A stretch of DNA of 15,859 nucleotides. It comes from Pseudomonadota bacterium (GTDB taxonomy: Bacteria; Bdellovibrionota_G; JALEGL01; DATDPG01). The notes under the pieces were generated by a model, which saw only the letters and a program-made list of their open reading frames with translations, was not told the DNA's origin and did no database searches. Every line of letters begins with the position of its first letter. The first letter of the stretch is position 1. The stretch covers positions 1 through 15,859 of the forward strand of contig JAZDIZ010000081.1 of assembly GCA_043804515.1 (NCBI GenBank). The letters are read 5' to 3'. Position numbers and translations under genes: made by a program. Shown here piece after piece: positions 1-8,021 of this stretch.

Positions 1-19
1 CATTCCGGCCTTCTCCTAA
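1..19 (-). other. Start codon (1-3) and ribosome-binding site of a gene running off the left edge
   Basis: The minus strand reads AGGAGAAGG-ccgga-ATG, directly downstream of a sigma54-type promoter. The product is not visible. Confidence 0.55.
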
Positions 20-26
20 GGGATTC

Positions 27-42
27 AGCAAGTTCCATACCA
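27..42 (-). promoter_or_regulatory. Sigma54 (-24/-12) promoter
   Basis: Minus strand TGGTATGGAACTTGCT has exact GG-N10-GC spacing against the consensus TGGCACGN4TTGCW. An AT-rich IHF-like tract lies upstream (67-90) and an RBS+ATG downstream. Confidence 0.65.
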
Positions 43-100
43 CCTGGAATCAAGAATTGCGCGTTGTAACTATCTAAAATTATTGATTAATGTTGAGCGA

Positions 101-171
101 CCTACGGAAGAGGCCGTGGCGAAACCTCAGCTGTGGTGCGCATACCGCGGCATCGGGGGGACGGCCCTACG
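101..171. repeat. Degenerate GTAG-type REP-like palindrome
   Basis: Stems GGCCGT(112-117)/ACGGCC(161-166) and GCTGTGGT/ACCGCGGC. CCTACG occurs near both ends, so the minus strand starts GTAGGGCCGTCCCCCC. Confidence 0.35.
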
Positions 172-197
172 TTTAAGAGTTAACCCTTATCTTGTCT

Positions 198-219
198 CGA
201 CGAAGCCTTGGCGAAGTCG
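198..219. repeat. Short REP-like hairpin CGAC-GAA-GCC-TT-GGC-GAA-GTCG
   Basis: Symmetric hairpin with GAA internal loops just downstream of the HIT gene stop. Confidence 0.45.
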
Positions 220-238
220 GAAGCCTTAATCCTTTTGA

Positions 239-736
239 TCAGTGGGCCGATAGGCGGTGGGCAAAAGCTTCGACCAATCGGGCGTACGTTTCTTCCAGGG
301 ATTCCGGAAGGACCTTAGTCTCCCCGATGACCGGCATGTAGTTCGTGTCCCCGTTCCAGCGGGGCACGACGTGATAGTGAAGATGATCCCGGATTCCGGC
401 GCCTCCCGCCTCGCCGAGGTTCATCCCCACGTTGAATCCTTGGGGCTTGAGGCCTTCCTTGAGCGCTTCGATCGAGTCACGGATCAAGAGGTGCATGTCG
501 GTCAGAACCTCATCGGGGAGGGCCGAGAGTTCCGACGTGTGCCGGTAGGGCACGACCATGAGATGGCCGCTGTTGTAGGGGTACTTGTTCATGATCACGA
601 AAGCGTGGCGGGAACGCGCCAGGATCAGGTTCTTCCGGTCCTCATCATTCTTGGGGAGGGAGCAAAAAACGCAGCCGCTTCGGGTTAAATTCTCAAGGAT
701 GAAGCGGATCCGCCAGGGGGCCCAAAGGCTTTTCAC
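239..736 (-). CDS. HIT family nucleotide hydrolase (FHIT / Ap4A phosphorylase-like)
   Basis: LWAPWR N-terminus, CVFC, NKYPYNSGHLMVVP, GFNVGMNLG and histidine triad HLHYHVVPRW. Start overlaps the sppA stop (GTGA). Confidence 0.93.
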   Translation of the reverse strand: MKSLWAPWRIRFILENLTRSGCVFCSLPKNDEDRKNLILARSRHAFVIMNKYPYNSGHLMVVPYRHTSELSALPDEVLTDMHLLIRDSIEALKEGLKPQGFNVGMNLGEAGGAGIRDHLHYHVVPRWNGDTNYMPVIGETKVLPESLEETYARLVEAFAHRLSAH

Positions 737-1584
737 GGAAGGAAACGATACTCGATTCGAAGAGAGGGGGCCTCAAATTTTCCGTCGGCAAGGCGTTTGA
801 ACCAGCGGAACCGTTCCCGTTCCGGAAGGATCACCTTGGGCTCCCCTTTCACTTTTCCGAGCTCGCCCGCCAGCTTGACGGCCGCCTCAAGCCCGCCGAG
901 AGCGTCCACCAATCCGAGTTCTTTCGCTTTGCGGCCGGAGTAGATGCTTCCGTCCGCCAGCTTGCGGACTTTTTCTATGGAGAGGCGGCGTCCCTTGGCA
1001 ACCGCTTCGATAAACTGCTCGTGCATGTCGTCCGTCAGCCCTTGAAGAAGCTTGCGCTCCTTTTCGGTCATCATCTTCAGGGGCGAGCCGATATCCTTCA
1101 CGTCTCCCGCTTTGATCACTTCCCAACGGAGATGGGCCTTCTTCAAAAGATCCTCCACGACGAAGAACTGCGAGATCACGCCGATCGAGCCGGTGATCGT
1201 GCCGGGATCGGCCAGGATCTTGGCCGCCGGCGCCGAGACATAGTAACCGCCGGATGCGGCCACATTTCCCATGGAAACCACGACGCTTTTCTTCCGGTTG
1301 GCCTGCTCGACCGCGTCGTGAATTTCCTGCGAGCTCCCGATGGCCCCGCCGGGGGAATCCACACGGAGGACGATGGCTTTTACGTCGTCCTGATCGACGT
1401 ATTTCTTGAGCGCCTCCACGGTGGGGCGGGATTCGTCGATGGGGCCCGACAGCTCCACGACCGCCACGTCGCCGCGCTCGGACGGCCCGCCGGTTAGAAT
1501 GCTGATGATCGAAAGCAGCTCGATGAAGATGCCCGCCAAAAGGACCGCGAGGAAAATCCTGAAGACTCGCCCCGGGCGGGACAT
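733..1584 (-). CDS. sppA: Signal peptide peptidase SppA (short, S49 family)
   Basis: N-terminal TM, then LRVDSPGG, AASGGYYV, TITGSIGV, YSGRKAKELGLVD. The ATG at 1584 overlaps the rpsA TGA; GTG at 1587 is an alternative start. Confidence 0.93.
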   Translation of the reverse strand: MSRPGRVFRIFLAVLLAGIFIELLSIISILTGGPSERGDVAVVELSGPIDESRPTVEALKKYVDQDDVKAIVLRVDSPGGAIGSSQEIHDAVEQANRKKSVVVSMGNVAASGGYYVSAPAAKILADPGTITGSIGVISQFFVVEDLLKKAHLRWEVIKAGDVKDIGSPLKMMTEKERKLLQGLTDDMHEQFIEAVAKGRRLSIEKVRKLADGSIYSGRKAKELGLVDALGGLEAAVKLAGELGKVKGEPKVILPERERFRWFKRLADGKFEAPSLRIEYRFLP

Positions 1585-3374
1585 CACGACTCGCTTGAGC
1601 CCTCAGGTTCCTTTGAGCCTTCAGGTTCTTGTTTCTTGCGCCGGCCCTTCTGCTTGAGCCCTTCGTCCATGACGTCGCCCAGTGTCGGGCGGGCGCGCCG
1701 CGCTCTCTCCTGGGCCTTGGCGATCTGATTGGTGGGGTCGCCGTGCAGGGCCGCCTTGATGGAAAGCGCCATTTTTTTCTCGAGCGGATCGAGGGAAATG
1801 ACGAGGGCTTTCACTTTCTCGCCCGCCTTGAAACGCTCGGCCAGATCGTCGATCTTTTCGTCGACGATCTCGGATACGTGCACAAGCGCCTCAATGTCCT
1901 CCTCCACCTTCACGAAGAGCCCGAACTCGGCGATCTTGACGATCTCCCCTTCGAGGATCGTGCCGATCGGGTACTTGTCGACCGCCAGATGCCACGGGTC
2001 GTCACTGAGCTGCTTGATCCCCAGGGAGAACCGCTCCGCCGACGGATCCACGTTCAAGACCACGGCCTCCACTTCGTCGCCCTTCTTGTACAAGTCGTGC
2101 GGGTTCTTGATCTTGCTCGACCAGGACAGATCGGAAACGTGTACCAGGCCGTCGATGCCCTCCTCGACCTCCACGAAAACGCCGAAGTCCGTGATGTTCC
2201 GGACCTTGCCACGGATCCGGGTGCCGGGAGGGTACTTCTTGACGAGATCGTCCCAGGGGTTCGGTTGCGTTTGCTTGAGGCCCAAGGACATCCGCCGGTT
2301 TTCCGTGTCGATGTCCAGAACCACCGCTTCCACTTCCTGCGCTACCGCAAGGATGGCCGAGGGATGCTTCACGCGTTTGGTCCATGACATCTCGGAGACG
2401 TGGATCAGGCCTTCGATGCCTTCCTCCACCTCGATGAATGCGCCGTAATCGGTGAGGCTTACGACCTTCCCCTTCACGCGGGAGTTCTTGGCGTACCGAA
2501 GGTCGGCTTCCACCCACGGATCGGTCGTGATCTGCTTGTAGCCCAGAGAGACGCGCTCCTTCTCCTGATCGTACTTGAGGACCTTGACCTCGATTGAGTC
2601 CCCCACCTTGAGGACTTCCGAAGGATGGTTGATCCGCTTCCAGGAGATGTCGGTGATGTGAAGAAGGCCGTCGATCCCGCCCAGGTCGATGAATGCGCCG
2701 TAGTCGGTGATGTTCTTCACGATCCCCTTCAGGAGCGTTCCTTCCTGGAGGACCTTGAGGGTCTCGTACCGCTGTGCCTCGCGCTCTTTCTCGAGCAATA
2801 CGCGGCGGGAAAGCACGATGTTGCCGCGGGTCTTGTTGAATTTGATGATCTTGAACTGGAACGTCTTCCCCATCATGCTGTCCAGATCCCGGACCGGCGT
2901 CAGGTCGATCTGGGAACCGGGCAGGAAGGCCTTCACGCCGATGTCGACGCAGACGCCCCCCTTGACGCGGCTGACAATCCGCCCTTCCACCACATCGCCG
3001 CTCTCGCAGGCCGCGGCGATCTCTTCCCAAATTTTGAGCTTGTCGGCCTTCTCTTTGGAGAGAATGACGAGGCCTTCCTCGTCCTCCGTCCCTTCCAGAA
3101 AGACGTCGATGGTGTCCCCCACCTTGGCTGTTACGCCTCCCTGGGCGTCGAGGAATTCCGAAACGGGCAACAGCCCTTCGGATTTATAACCGATGTCAAC
3201 GGTGACGAAATCGTGGCCGATCTTGATGATCCTGCCCGGGAGAACCTCCCCCTCCTTGATTTCGCGCTCTTTTTTCAGGCTTTCGAGATACAGCTTCTCG
3301 AAGCTCTCCTCGTCCCGATCGCTTTGAGGAGCCTCGGTTGTGGTCTTGGTCGATTCCATACTGATGCTTTGCAT
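1584..3374 (-). CDS. rpsA: 30S ribosomal protein S1
   Basis: Six S1 repeats (VDIGYKSEG, AFLPGSQID, NITDYGAFIDLGGIDGLLHITDISW, TDYGAFIEVEEGIEGLIHVSEMSW, etc.). Likely start ATG 3374 (or 3359). The upstream ORF extension to 3578 overlaps rpsT and is not credible. Confidence 0.97.
   Translation of the reverse strand: MQSISMESTKTTTEAPQSDRDEESFEKLYLESLKKEREIKEGEVLPGRIIKIGHDFVTVDIGYKSEGLLPVSEFLDAQGGVTAKVGDTIDVFLEGTEDEEGLVILSKEKADKLKIWEEIAAACESGDVVEGRIVSRVKGGVCVDIGVKAFLPGSQIDLTPVRDLDSMMGKTFQFKIIKFNKTRGNIVLSRRVLLEKEREAQRYETLKVLQEGTLLKGIVKNITDYGAFIDLGGIDGLLHITDISWKRINHPSEVLKVGDSIEVKVLKYDQEKERVSLGYKQITTDPWVEADLRYAKNSRVKGKVVSLTDYGAFIEVEEGIEGLIHVSEMSWTKRVKHPSAILAVAQEVEAVVLDIDTENRRMSLGLKQTQPNPWDDLVKKYPPGTRIRGKVRNITDFGVFVEVEEGIDGLVHVSDLSWSSKIKNPHDLYKKGDEVEAVVLNVDPSAERFSLGIKQLSDDPWHLAVDKYPIGTILEGEIVKIAEFGLFVKVEEDIEALVHVSEIVDEKIDDLAERFKAGEKVKALVISLDPLEKKMALSIKAALHGDPTNQIAKAQERARRARPTLGDVMDEGLKQKGRRKKQEPEGSKEPEGSSES
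1595..1630 (-). repeat. 18-bp tandem duplication in the rpsA tail (EPEGS twice)
   Basis: TTGAGCCCTCAGGTTCCT / TTGAGCCTTCAGGTTCTT, 16/18 identical. Confidence 0.75.
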
Positions 3375-3460
3375 TGCTACTCTTTCCCCGCCCCCGGCCC
3401 TTGTACAATCATGGGTTTCGTTGAGCGAAAGCCGCCTTAAATACTGAATGACAGGCCGTT

Positions 3461-3489
3461 TTGTCAAAGCCTTTCTCTTGACATAGGAT
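3461..3489 (+). promoter_or_regulatory. Sigma70-type promoter for rpsT, overlapping a divergent rpsA -35
   Basis: TTGTCA-17 nt-TAGGAT on the plus strand. TTGACA on the minus strand at 3462-3467 points toward rpsA. Confidence 0.55.
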
Positions 3490-3518
3490 TTGAAGCCTGG
3501 CTTACTCCCGCGCCTCGC

Positions 3519-3779
3519 ATGGCCAGACACGCATCCGCAGAGAAAAGGCATCGGCAGAGCCTGGATCGGCAACAGCACAACCGCTGGTGGAAGAGCCGGG
3601 TCCGCACGGTCGCCAAGGCGGTCCTAGAGGCGGCTCAAAAGAAGGACAAGGCGGCCGGTGACGAGGCTTTGCGCAAGGCGATGTCCCAGATATCAAAGGC
3701 GAAAAAAGAAGGCGCTATCCCCGCGAATACCGCGTCCCGGACCATCGCCCGCCTTTCGAAGAAAATCGCCGCCCTGTAA
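3519..3779 (+). CDS. rpsT: 30S ribosomal protein S20
   Basis: 86 aa, basic: MARHASAEKRHRQS...HNRWWKSRVRT...KAKKEGAIPANTASRTIARL. Confidence 0.96.
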   Translation: MARHASAEKRHRQSLDRQQHNRWWKSRVRTVAKAVLEAAQKKDKAAGDEALRKAMSQISKAKKEGAIPANTASRTIARLSKKIAAL

Positions 3780-3788
3780 CAAACGAAT

Positions 3789-3960
3789 CCTGACTTGTGT
3801 TCAGGCCGCCGGGTTGTGCACCCCCACGGCTGCAGGTTTTCGCCGCGGGGACCCCCAACCCACCGGCCGGGAGTTCTTGGTAACAGCGCCTTTTCTTCCT
3901 AGAAGGGTTGGAGTCCCTTCGGTTGACGTTATTGCCTTGGCCGCCGCTACGCTCTCAGAA
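3789..3960. other. Structured intergenic element between convergent rpsT and holA (identity unresolved)
   Basis: Hairpin 3822-3830/3842-3850, stem 3848-3861/3905-3917, and small hairpin CCTGA/TCAGG at 3789-3805. Confidence 0.4.
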
Positions 3961-3975
3961 TATGAAGAAATCAGG

Positions 3976-4935
3976 TTACCGCGCGTGCGCAATCGCGCGG
4001 ACGGTTCTCTCCAGGAGAAACGACGGGGAAAGCCCGGTCGATTTCAGCTCCCGATCCAGTTTCGATAGTTCGCCGAGCGAGGATCGAAGACGCCCCTTTG
4101 TGAACCGTTGCGCTTGATCCATGTATCTCCGGACGGTGAACGGCGGGACACCCAAGAGATGGGGCAGGTCTTGGGCCCGGGTCCGGGCCGCCAGCTCGTC
4201 ACGGGCGCGCAGCAGCACCCGAAGGTGGCGCGCCAGGAGAGAAACAAGCACGAGGACGGGGCTGCCGGATCGGATCAAGTCGTTGAGCGTGGCCGTGGCG
4301 TCCGGAACCCTTCCTTCCACCACTTGATCGGTCCAGGCGAACAGGTTCTCCCCTGCGATGTCGTACACAAGCTGGGCCACCTCTTTGGCCGAGACGTTCT
4401 TCTCGGGGTGGACAAAAAGCGAAAGTTTTTCCAGATGCCGGTCGAGCGAACCCAAATCCGTTCCCACGGCTTCCAGCAATGCCTGTTTGGCGTCGGGGGA
4501 GAGCTTCAAGTCCCGTTTTTGCGCCAGTCGGTCCACCCATGCCGGTAGATCCCGGGGCCTGGGCTCCTCCAACAGGCGGATGCAGCCTTTCTCGTCCATG
4601 GCCTTGAAGAAGCGAGTTCGGCGATCCAGCTTTTCCGCCGTGCCGACGATCACCGCATAAGGAGACGGGTTTTCCACGTACTTCAGCCAGCGGGTCTGAT
4701 CGTCTTCGCCCAGTTTCTCGATACCGCGGATGACCAGGAGCCGTTTCTCCGAGAACATGGGAAGCGTGTTGGCCTGATCCAGAATGTCGGCGGTCTCCAT
4801 GTCCCGGGCATGCAGCGTCAGGTCGTTCATCCGGTCCGGGCCGTTCGGAAAGAGCGTCCCGCGGATCTCCTTGAGCTCTAGCTCCCTAAGGAAGGGGTCG
4901 GGGCCGATCAAAAGCAGGAAAGGGGAGGGCTTCAT
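3976..4935 (-). CDS. holA: DNA polymerase III subunit delta
   Basis: LLIGPDPFL, ANTLPMFSEKRLLVIR, KLDRRTRFFK, VGTDLGSL..LEKL, GVPPF, LDRELKS. The true start ATG 4935 overlaps the leuS stop (ATGA). Confidence 0.93.
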   Translation of the reverse strand: MKPSPFLLLIGPDPFLRELELKEIRGTLFPNGPDRMNDLTLHARDMETADILDQANTLPMFSEKRLLVIRGIEKLGEDDQTRWLKYVENPSPYAVIVGTAEKLDRRTRFFKAMDEKGCIRLLEEPRPRDLPAWVDRLAQKRDLKLSPDAKQALLEAVGTDLGSLDRHLEKLSLFVHPEKNVSAKEVAQLVYDIAGENLFAWTDQVVEGRVPDATATLNDLIRSGSPVLVLVSLLARHLRVLLRARDELAARTRAQDLPHLLGVPPFTVRRYMDQAQRFTKGRLRSSLGELSKLDRELKSTGLSPSFLLERTVRAIAHAR

Positions 4936-7484
4936 CCGACGACCAGGTTCACGAGTTTGTCGGGGACCACGATCGTCCGGCGCACCGCCTTCCCCTCCGT
5001 GTGCTTGCGGACGTTCTCGTCCTTTTGCGCCAGCTCGATCAGCCGTTCTTCGGACTCGCCCCGCTCCGCCTCGATCTTTCCCCTCACTTTTCCGTTCACC
5101 TGCACCACAACCGTGATCTTCTCGTCCTTCGCCCATTCGGCGTCGAACGTGGGCCACGGTACGGTTTGAAGGATCCGTTTATCGCCCCAGCGCTTCCACA
5201 ATTCGTCCGCGATGTGGGGCGCGAAAGGAGATATCAGGTGTATAGCGGCCAGGGCGCTTTCAGACAGGGCCCAGCGCTGCGCCTTCGTGAGGGACGACGC
5301 CTTCGAAGGTTCGGAAGCGAGGTCCCAGATCTCGGGGATTTCCTGCGCGACGCCGTTGAGGAGCTCCATGATGAGGCTGATCGCGACGTTGAAGTGCATC
5401 CGGTCCAGGCATTCCGTCACGGTGCGGATCGTTTTTTGTGTGAGGCGATGGATCTTGGACGCCTTGGAATCCGACGCGAGTTCCTCGGAGCCCGGCTTCG
5501 CCGCTTCCTTGCAGGCACTTTCCAGGTTCAGAGCGAACCTCCAGAGACGGTCCAGAAACCGATAAGCTCCGTCCACCCCCTGGTCGCTCCAGTCCAGGTC
5601 CCGCTCGACCGGAGCGGCGAAGAGCGAGAAGAGGCGGACGGTATCGGCGCCGTATTTCTCGATGAGATAGTCGGGGTCCACGACGTTCCCCTTGGATTTG
5701 GACATTTTCTCGCCGTCCTTGATCACCATCCCCTGTGTGAGGAGGCGCGTGAACGGCTCCGAAAAATGCACCATCTTGAAGTCACGGAGCACGCGGATCA
5801 GGAACCTGGTGTACAGAAGATGCAGAATCGCGTGCTCGATTCCGCCGATGTATTGGTCGACCGGAAGCCAATAATCCACGGCTTTCGTTTCGAACATCCC
5901 CTTCCGATGCTTCGGTGAGCAATACCTGAGGAAATACCAGCTGGACTCCACGAATGTGTCCATCGTATCGGTGTCCCTGCGGGCCTTTCCTTTGCACTTG
6001 GGGCACCTGATGTTCACGAACGAGGGAACCTGCTCGAGGGGCGGGCCCCCTTTTCCGGTGAAGGACACTTTGGGGGGGAGCTTCACGGGAAGATCCTTGA
6101 GGGGAACCGGGACGACGCCGCAGCTCGGACAGTGGATCATGGGGATGGGGGTTCCCCAGTATCTCTGCCTGCTGATCCCCCAGTCGCGCAGGCGGTACGT
6201 GATCGCGGGTTTGCCGAGCTTCTTCTCCTGAAGCACCTTCGCGATCCGGGCCGCTCCCTCCTCGCTGTCCAGCCCGTCGAACGGGCCGGAGCGTACGAGC
6301 GTCCCGGGGCCGGTATAAGCCGAATCCATCTCCTCGCGCACCAGCTCCTCGTTGGGAGGCTGGATGACGACGCGGCGATGAAGCGAGTATTTATTCGCGA
6401 AGGCGAAATCCCGATCGTCGTGGCAAGGCACGGCCATGACGGCCCCGGTTCCGTATTCCATGACGACGAAATTCGCGATGAAGACGGGGAGGCGCGCCTG
6501 CGTGAAGGGGTGGAGCACGTGGACTCCGGAGGCCACCCCCTCTTTTTCGGAAGTCTCGGACGTTCGTTCCAAAACGTCCGTGTTCTTCACTCGTTCCACG
6601 AACCCGCGGATTTCCTCTTTCTTTTCCGCGGAGGCCTTGGCCAGGATCCGATCCACCAGCGGGTGTTCCGGGGCGATGGAGAGGAACGTGGCGCCGAAAA
6701 GCGTGTCGGCGCGGGTGGTGAACACCGTGATCCGCTCCCCTTTGAACTCTTCGATCTCGAAATCGATGAGCGCCCCCTCGCTACGGCCGATCCAGTTTCT
6801 CTGCATCGTGAGGACGCGTTCCGGCCACGTGGGTGCCAGTTCCTTGAGGCCGGCCAGGAGTTCCTCGGCGTACGCCGTGATCTTGAAAAACCACTGGTCC
6901 AGGTCCCGCTTCACCACGGGTTGGCCGCAACGCCAACAGCGGCCGTCCTTGACCTGCTCGTTGGCCAGGACGGTCCGGCATTTTTCGCACCAGTGCACGA
7001 CCGACCGTTTCCGGTACGCCAGCCCCTTCTCGTACATCCGGATGAAGAGCGCTTGTTCCCACTTGTAGTAATCGGGATCGCACGTGATCACGCGGCGCGA
7101 CCAATCGATGGAGAAGCCCAGGCGCTGGAACTGCTTCTCCATGAACTTCATGTTGTCGTATGTCCACTTCCTGGGATGCGTGTTGTGCTGGATGGCGGCG
7201 TTTTCCGCGGGAAGGCCGAACGCGTCGAAGCCCATCGGATGCAGGACGTTGAACCCCCGGTGCATACGGTAGCGGGCCACGACGTCGCCGATCGCGTAAT
7301 TCCGGACATGCCCCATGTGAATTCGGCCGGAGGGGTAGGGGAACATTTCGAGGAGGTAATACTTGTTTTTCACTCCCTCCTTGGCCCGGAAGACCCTCTT
7401 TTTCGCCCAGGCCTTCTGCCACTTCTTCTCGATCTTCGCGGGTTCGTACCGCGGCACCAGACGGCTCGCCATAGAAACCGCCAT
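4932..7484 (-). CDS. leuS: Leucine--tRNA ligase
   Basis: MFPYPSGRIHMGH (HIGH), CP1 editing region FTTRADTLFG / YGTGAVMAVP, DWGISRQRYWGTPIP, KMSKSKGN. Start could also be ATG 7472. Confidence 0.98.
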   Translation of the reverse strand: MAVSMASRLVPRYEPAKIEKKWQKAWAKKRVFRAKEGVKNKYYLLEMFPYPSGRIHMGHVRNYAIGDVVARYRMHRGFNVLHPMGFDAFGLPAENAAIQHNTHPRKWTYDNMKFMEKQFQRLGFSIDWSRRVITCDPDYYKWEQALFIRMYEKGLAYRKRSVVHWCEKCRTVLANEQVKDGRCWRCGQPVVKRDLDQWFFKITAYAEELLAGLKELAPTWPERVLTMQRNWIGRSEGALIDFEIEEFKGERITVFTTRADTLFGATFLSIAPEHPLVDRILAKASAEKKEEIRGFVERVKNTDVLERTSETSEKEGVASGVHVLHPFTQARLPVFIANFVVMEYGTGAVMAVPCHDDRDFAFANKYSLHRRVVIQPPNEELVREEMDSAYTGPGTLVRSGPFDGLDSEEGAARIAKVLQEKKLGKPAITYRLRDWGISRQRYWGTPIPMIHCPSCGVVPVPLKDLPVKLPPKVSFTGKGGPPLEQVPSFVNIRCPKCKGKARRDTDTMDTFVESSWYFLRYCSPKHRKGMFETKAVDYWLPVDQYIGGIEHAILHLLYTRFLIRVLRDFKMVHFSEPFTRLLTQGMVIKDGEKMSKSKGNVVDPDYLIEKYGADTVRLFSLFAAPVERDLDWSDQGVDGAYRFLDRLWRFALNLESACKEAAKPGSEELASDSKASKIHRLTQKTIRTVTECLDRMHFNVAISLIMELLNGVAQEIPEIWDLASEPSKASSLTKAQRWALSESALAAIHLISPFAPHIADELWKRWGDKRILQTVPWPTFDAEWAKDEKITVVVQVNGKVRGKIEAERGESEERLIELAQKDENVRKHTEGKAVRRTIVVPDKLVNLVVG

Positions 7485-7489
7485 CTTAG

Positions 7490-7662
7490 CCCGGATAATT
7501 CACGAGGGAAACGGCATATTTGCCGCATCTCTGCGTTGGACGCCTGCGCGCAGTCCTCAATGGCGTCTCAAGCCAACTCCGGTCTGTGCTCGGCGCCCGC
7601 CTTGATCTGCGCCAAATCTGTCCGTTTCGTAGTGACTCGAAGCATTTTATGAATAATGCGGG
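7490..7662 (-). mobile_element. 173-bp palindromic MITE-like element, copy A (compact form)
   Basis: Imperfect terminal inverted repeats CCCGGATAATTCACGA / CCCGCATTATTCATAA, TTAG duplicated at 7486-7489 and 7663-7666, rod-like self-complementarity, and a homologous copy at 12945-13315. Confidence 0.8.
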
Positions 7663-7745
7663 TTAGCCGGAATTCGCCGCAACGGGAACGCGAAGCTTGT
7701 GAGCGGATGAAAATCCTTGGATCGGTCGGCCGCGGTGCGCATCAC

Positions 7746-7771
7746 GGGGGACACCCTTAAGGGTGTCCCCC
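7746..7771. repeat. Perfect 26-bp palindrome GGGGGACACCCTTAAGGGTGTCCCCC
   Basis: The sequence equals its own reverse complement. Confidence 0.85.
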
Positions 7772-7823
7772 TCATCCGACATCTGTGGTTCTTACCCGTT
7801 ATGGATACGACCGCCATCCGGAC

Positions 7824-7875
7824 TTAGCACCATGCCGTAAGTCCCCGCCGCTTGCGGCGGGGATATAAGGCGTCC
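7824..7875 (+). mobile_element. IS200/IS605-family end-like remnant (subterminal hairpin)
   Basis: TTAG...GCCGTAAG-TCCCCGCCGC-TT-GCGGCGGGGA-TATAAGGCG. 10-bp hairpin at 7842-7863 in a context resembling IS200/IS605 ends (recalled pattern, not searched). Confidence 0.45.
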
Positions 7876-7890
7876 TTGCGCGGGGGTTAT

Positions 7891-7981
7891 AATGAATTGG
7901 TTGCGTCCTATTGGACCGCGAATACCCAATTCTGGCGCATTATGACGCCATTGAACAAAGGGGCAGGTCCATATCTGTCCC
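7891..7981 (-). repeat. 91-bp repeat, left copy (inverted relative to 11848-11938)
   Basis: Its reverse complement matches 11848-11938 at 89/91 positions. Confidence 0.92.
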
Positions 7982-8021
7982 TCGATTCGGGGCGCTGGAT
8001 CTCTCGTTCCCCTCCTAATCT

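Noticed and set aside
45..60. Plus-strand TGGAATCAAGAATTGC as a sigma54 promoter
   Set aside because: GG-to-GC spacing is 11 nt rather than 10, and no plus-strand gene follows.
3375..3578. N-terminal extension of the rpsA ORF
   Set aside because: It overlaps rpsT and the divergent promoter region; S1-like sequence begins after ATG 3374.
3789..3960. Firm call as 6S RNA, SRP RNA or tmRNA
   Set aside because: No SRP S-domain motif, no tRNA-like ends, a weak 6S consensus match and an atypical gene context. Kept only as an unresolved structured element.
4936..5157. N-terminal extension of the holA ORF
   Set aside because: It lies inside leuS; the ATGA overlap at 4932-4935 gives the natural start.
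257..7652. Long antisense or alternate-frame ORFs over HIT, sppA, rpsA, holA and leuS (e.g. 6132-7652 +, 2002-3030 -, 5001-5918 +)
   Set aside because: Shadow ORFs typical of high-GC coding DNA. They have no recognisable motifs and fully overlap confident genes.
7490..7662. T-box riboswitch upstream of leuS or metG
   Set aside because: No GGTGGNACC T-box motif or U-tailed terminator; TIRs and 4-bp duplications fit an inserted element better.
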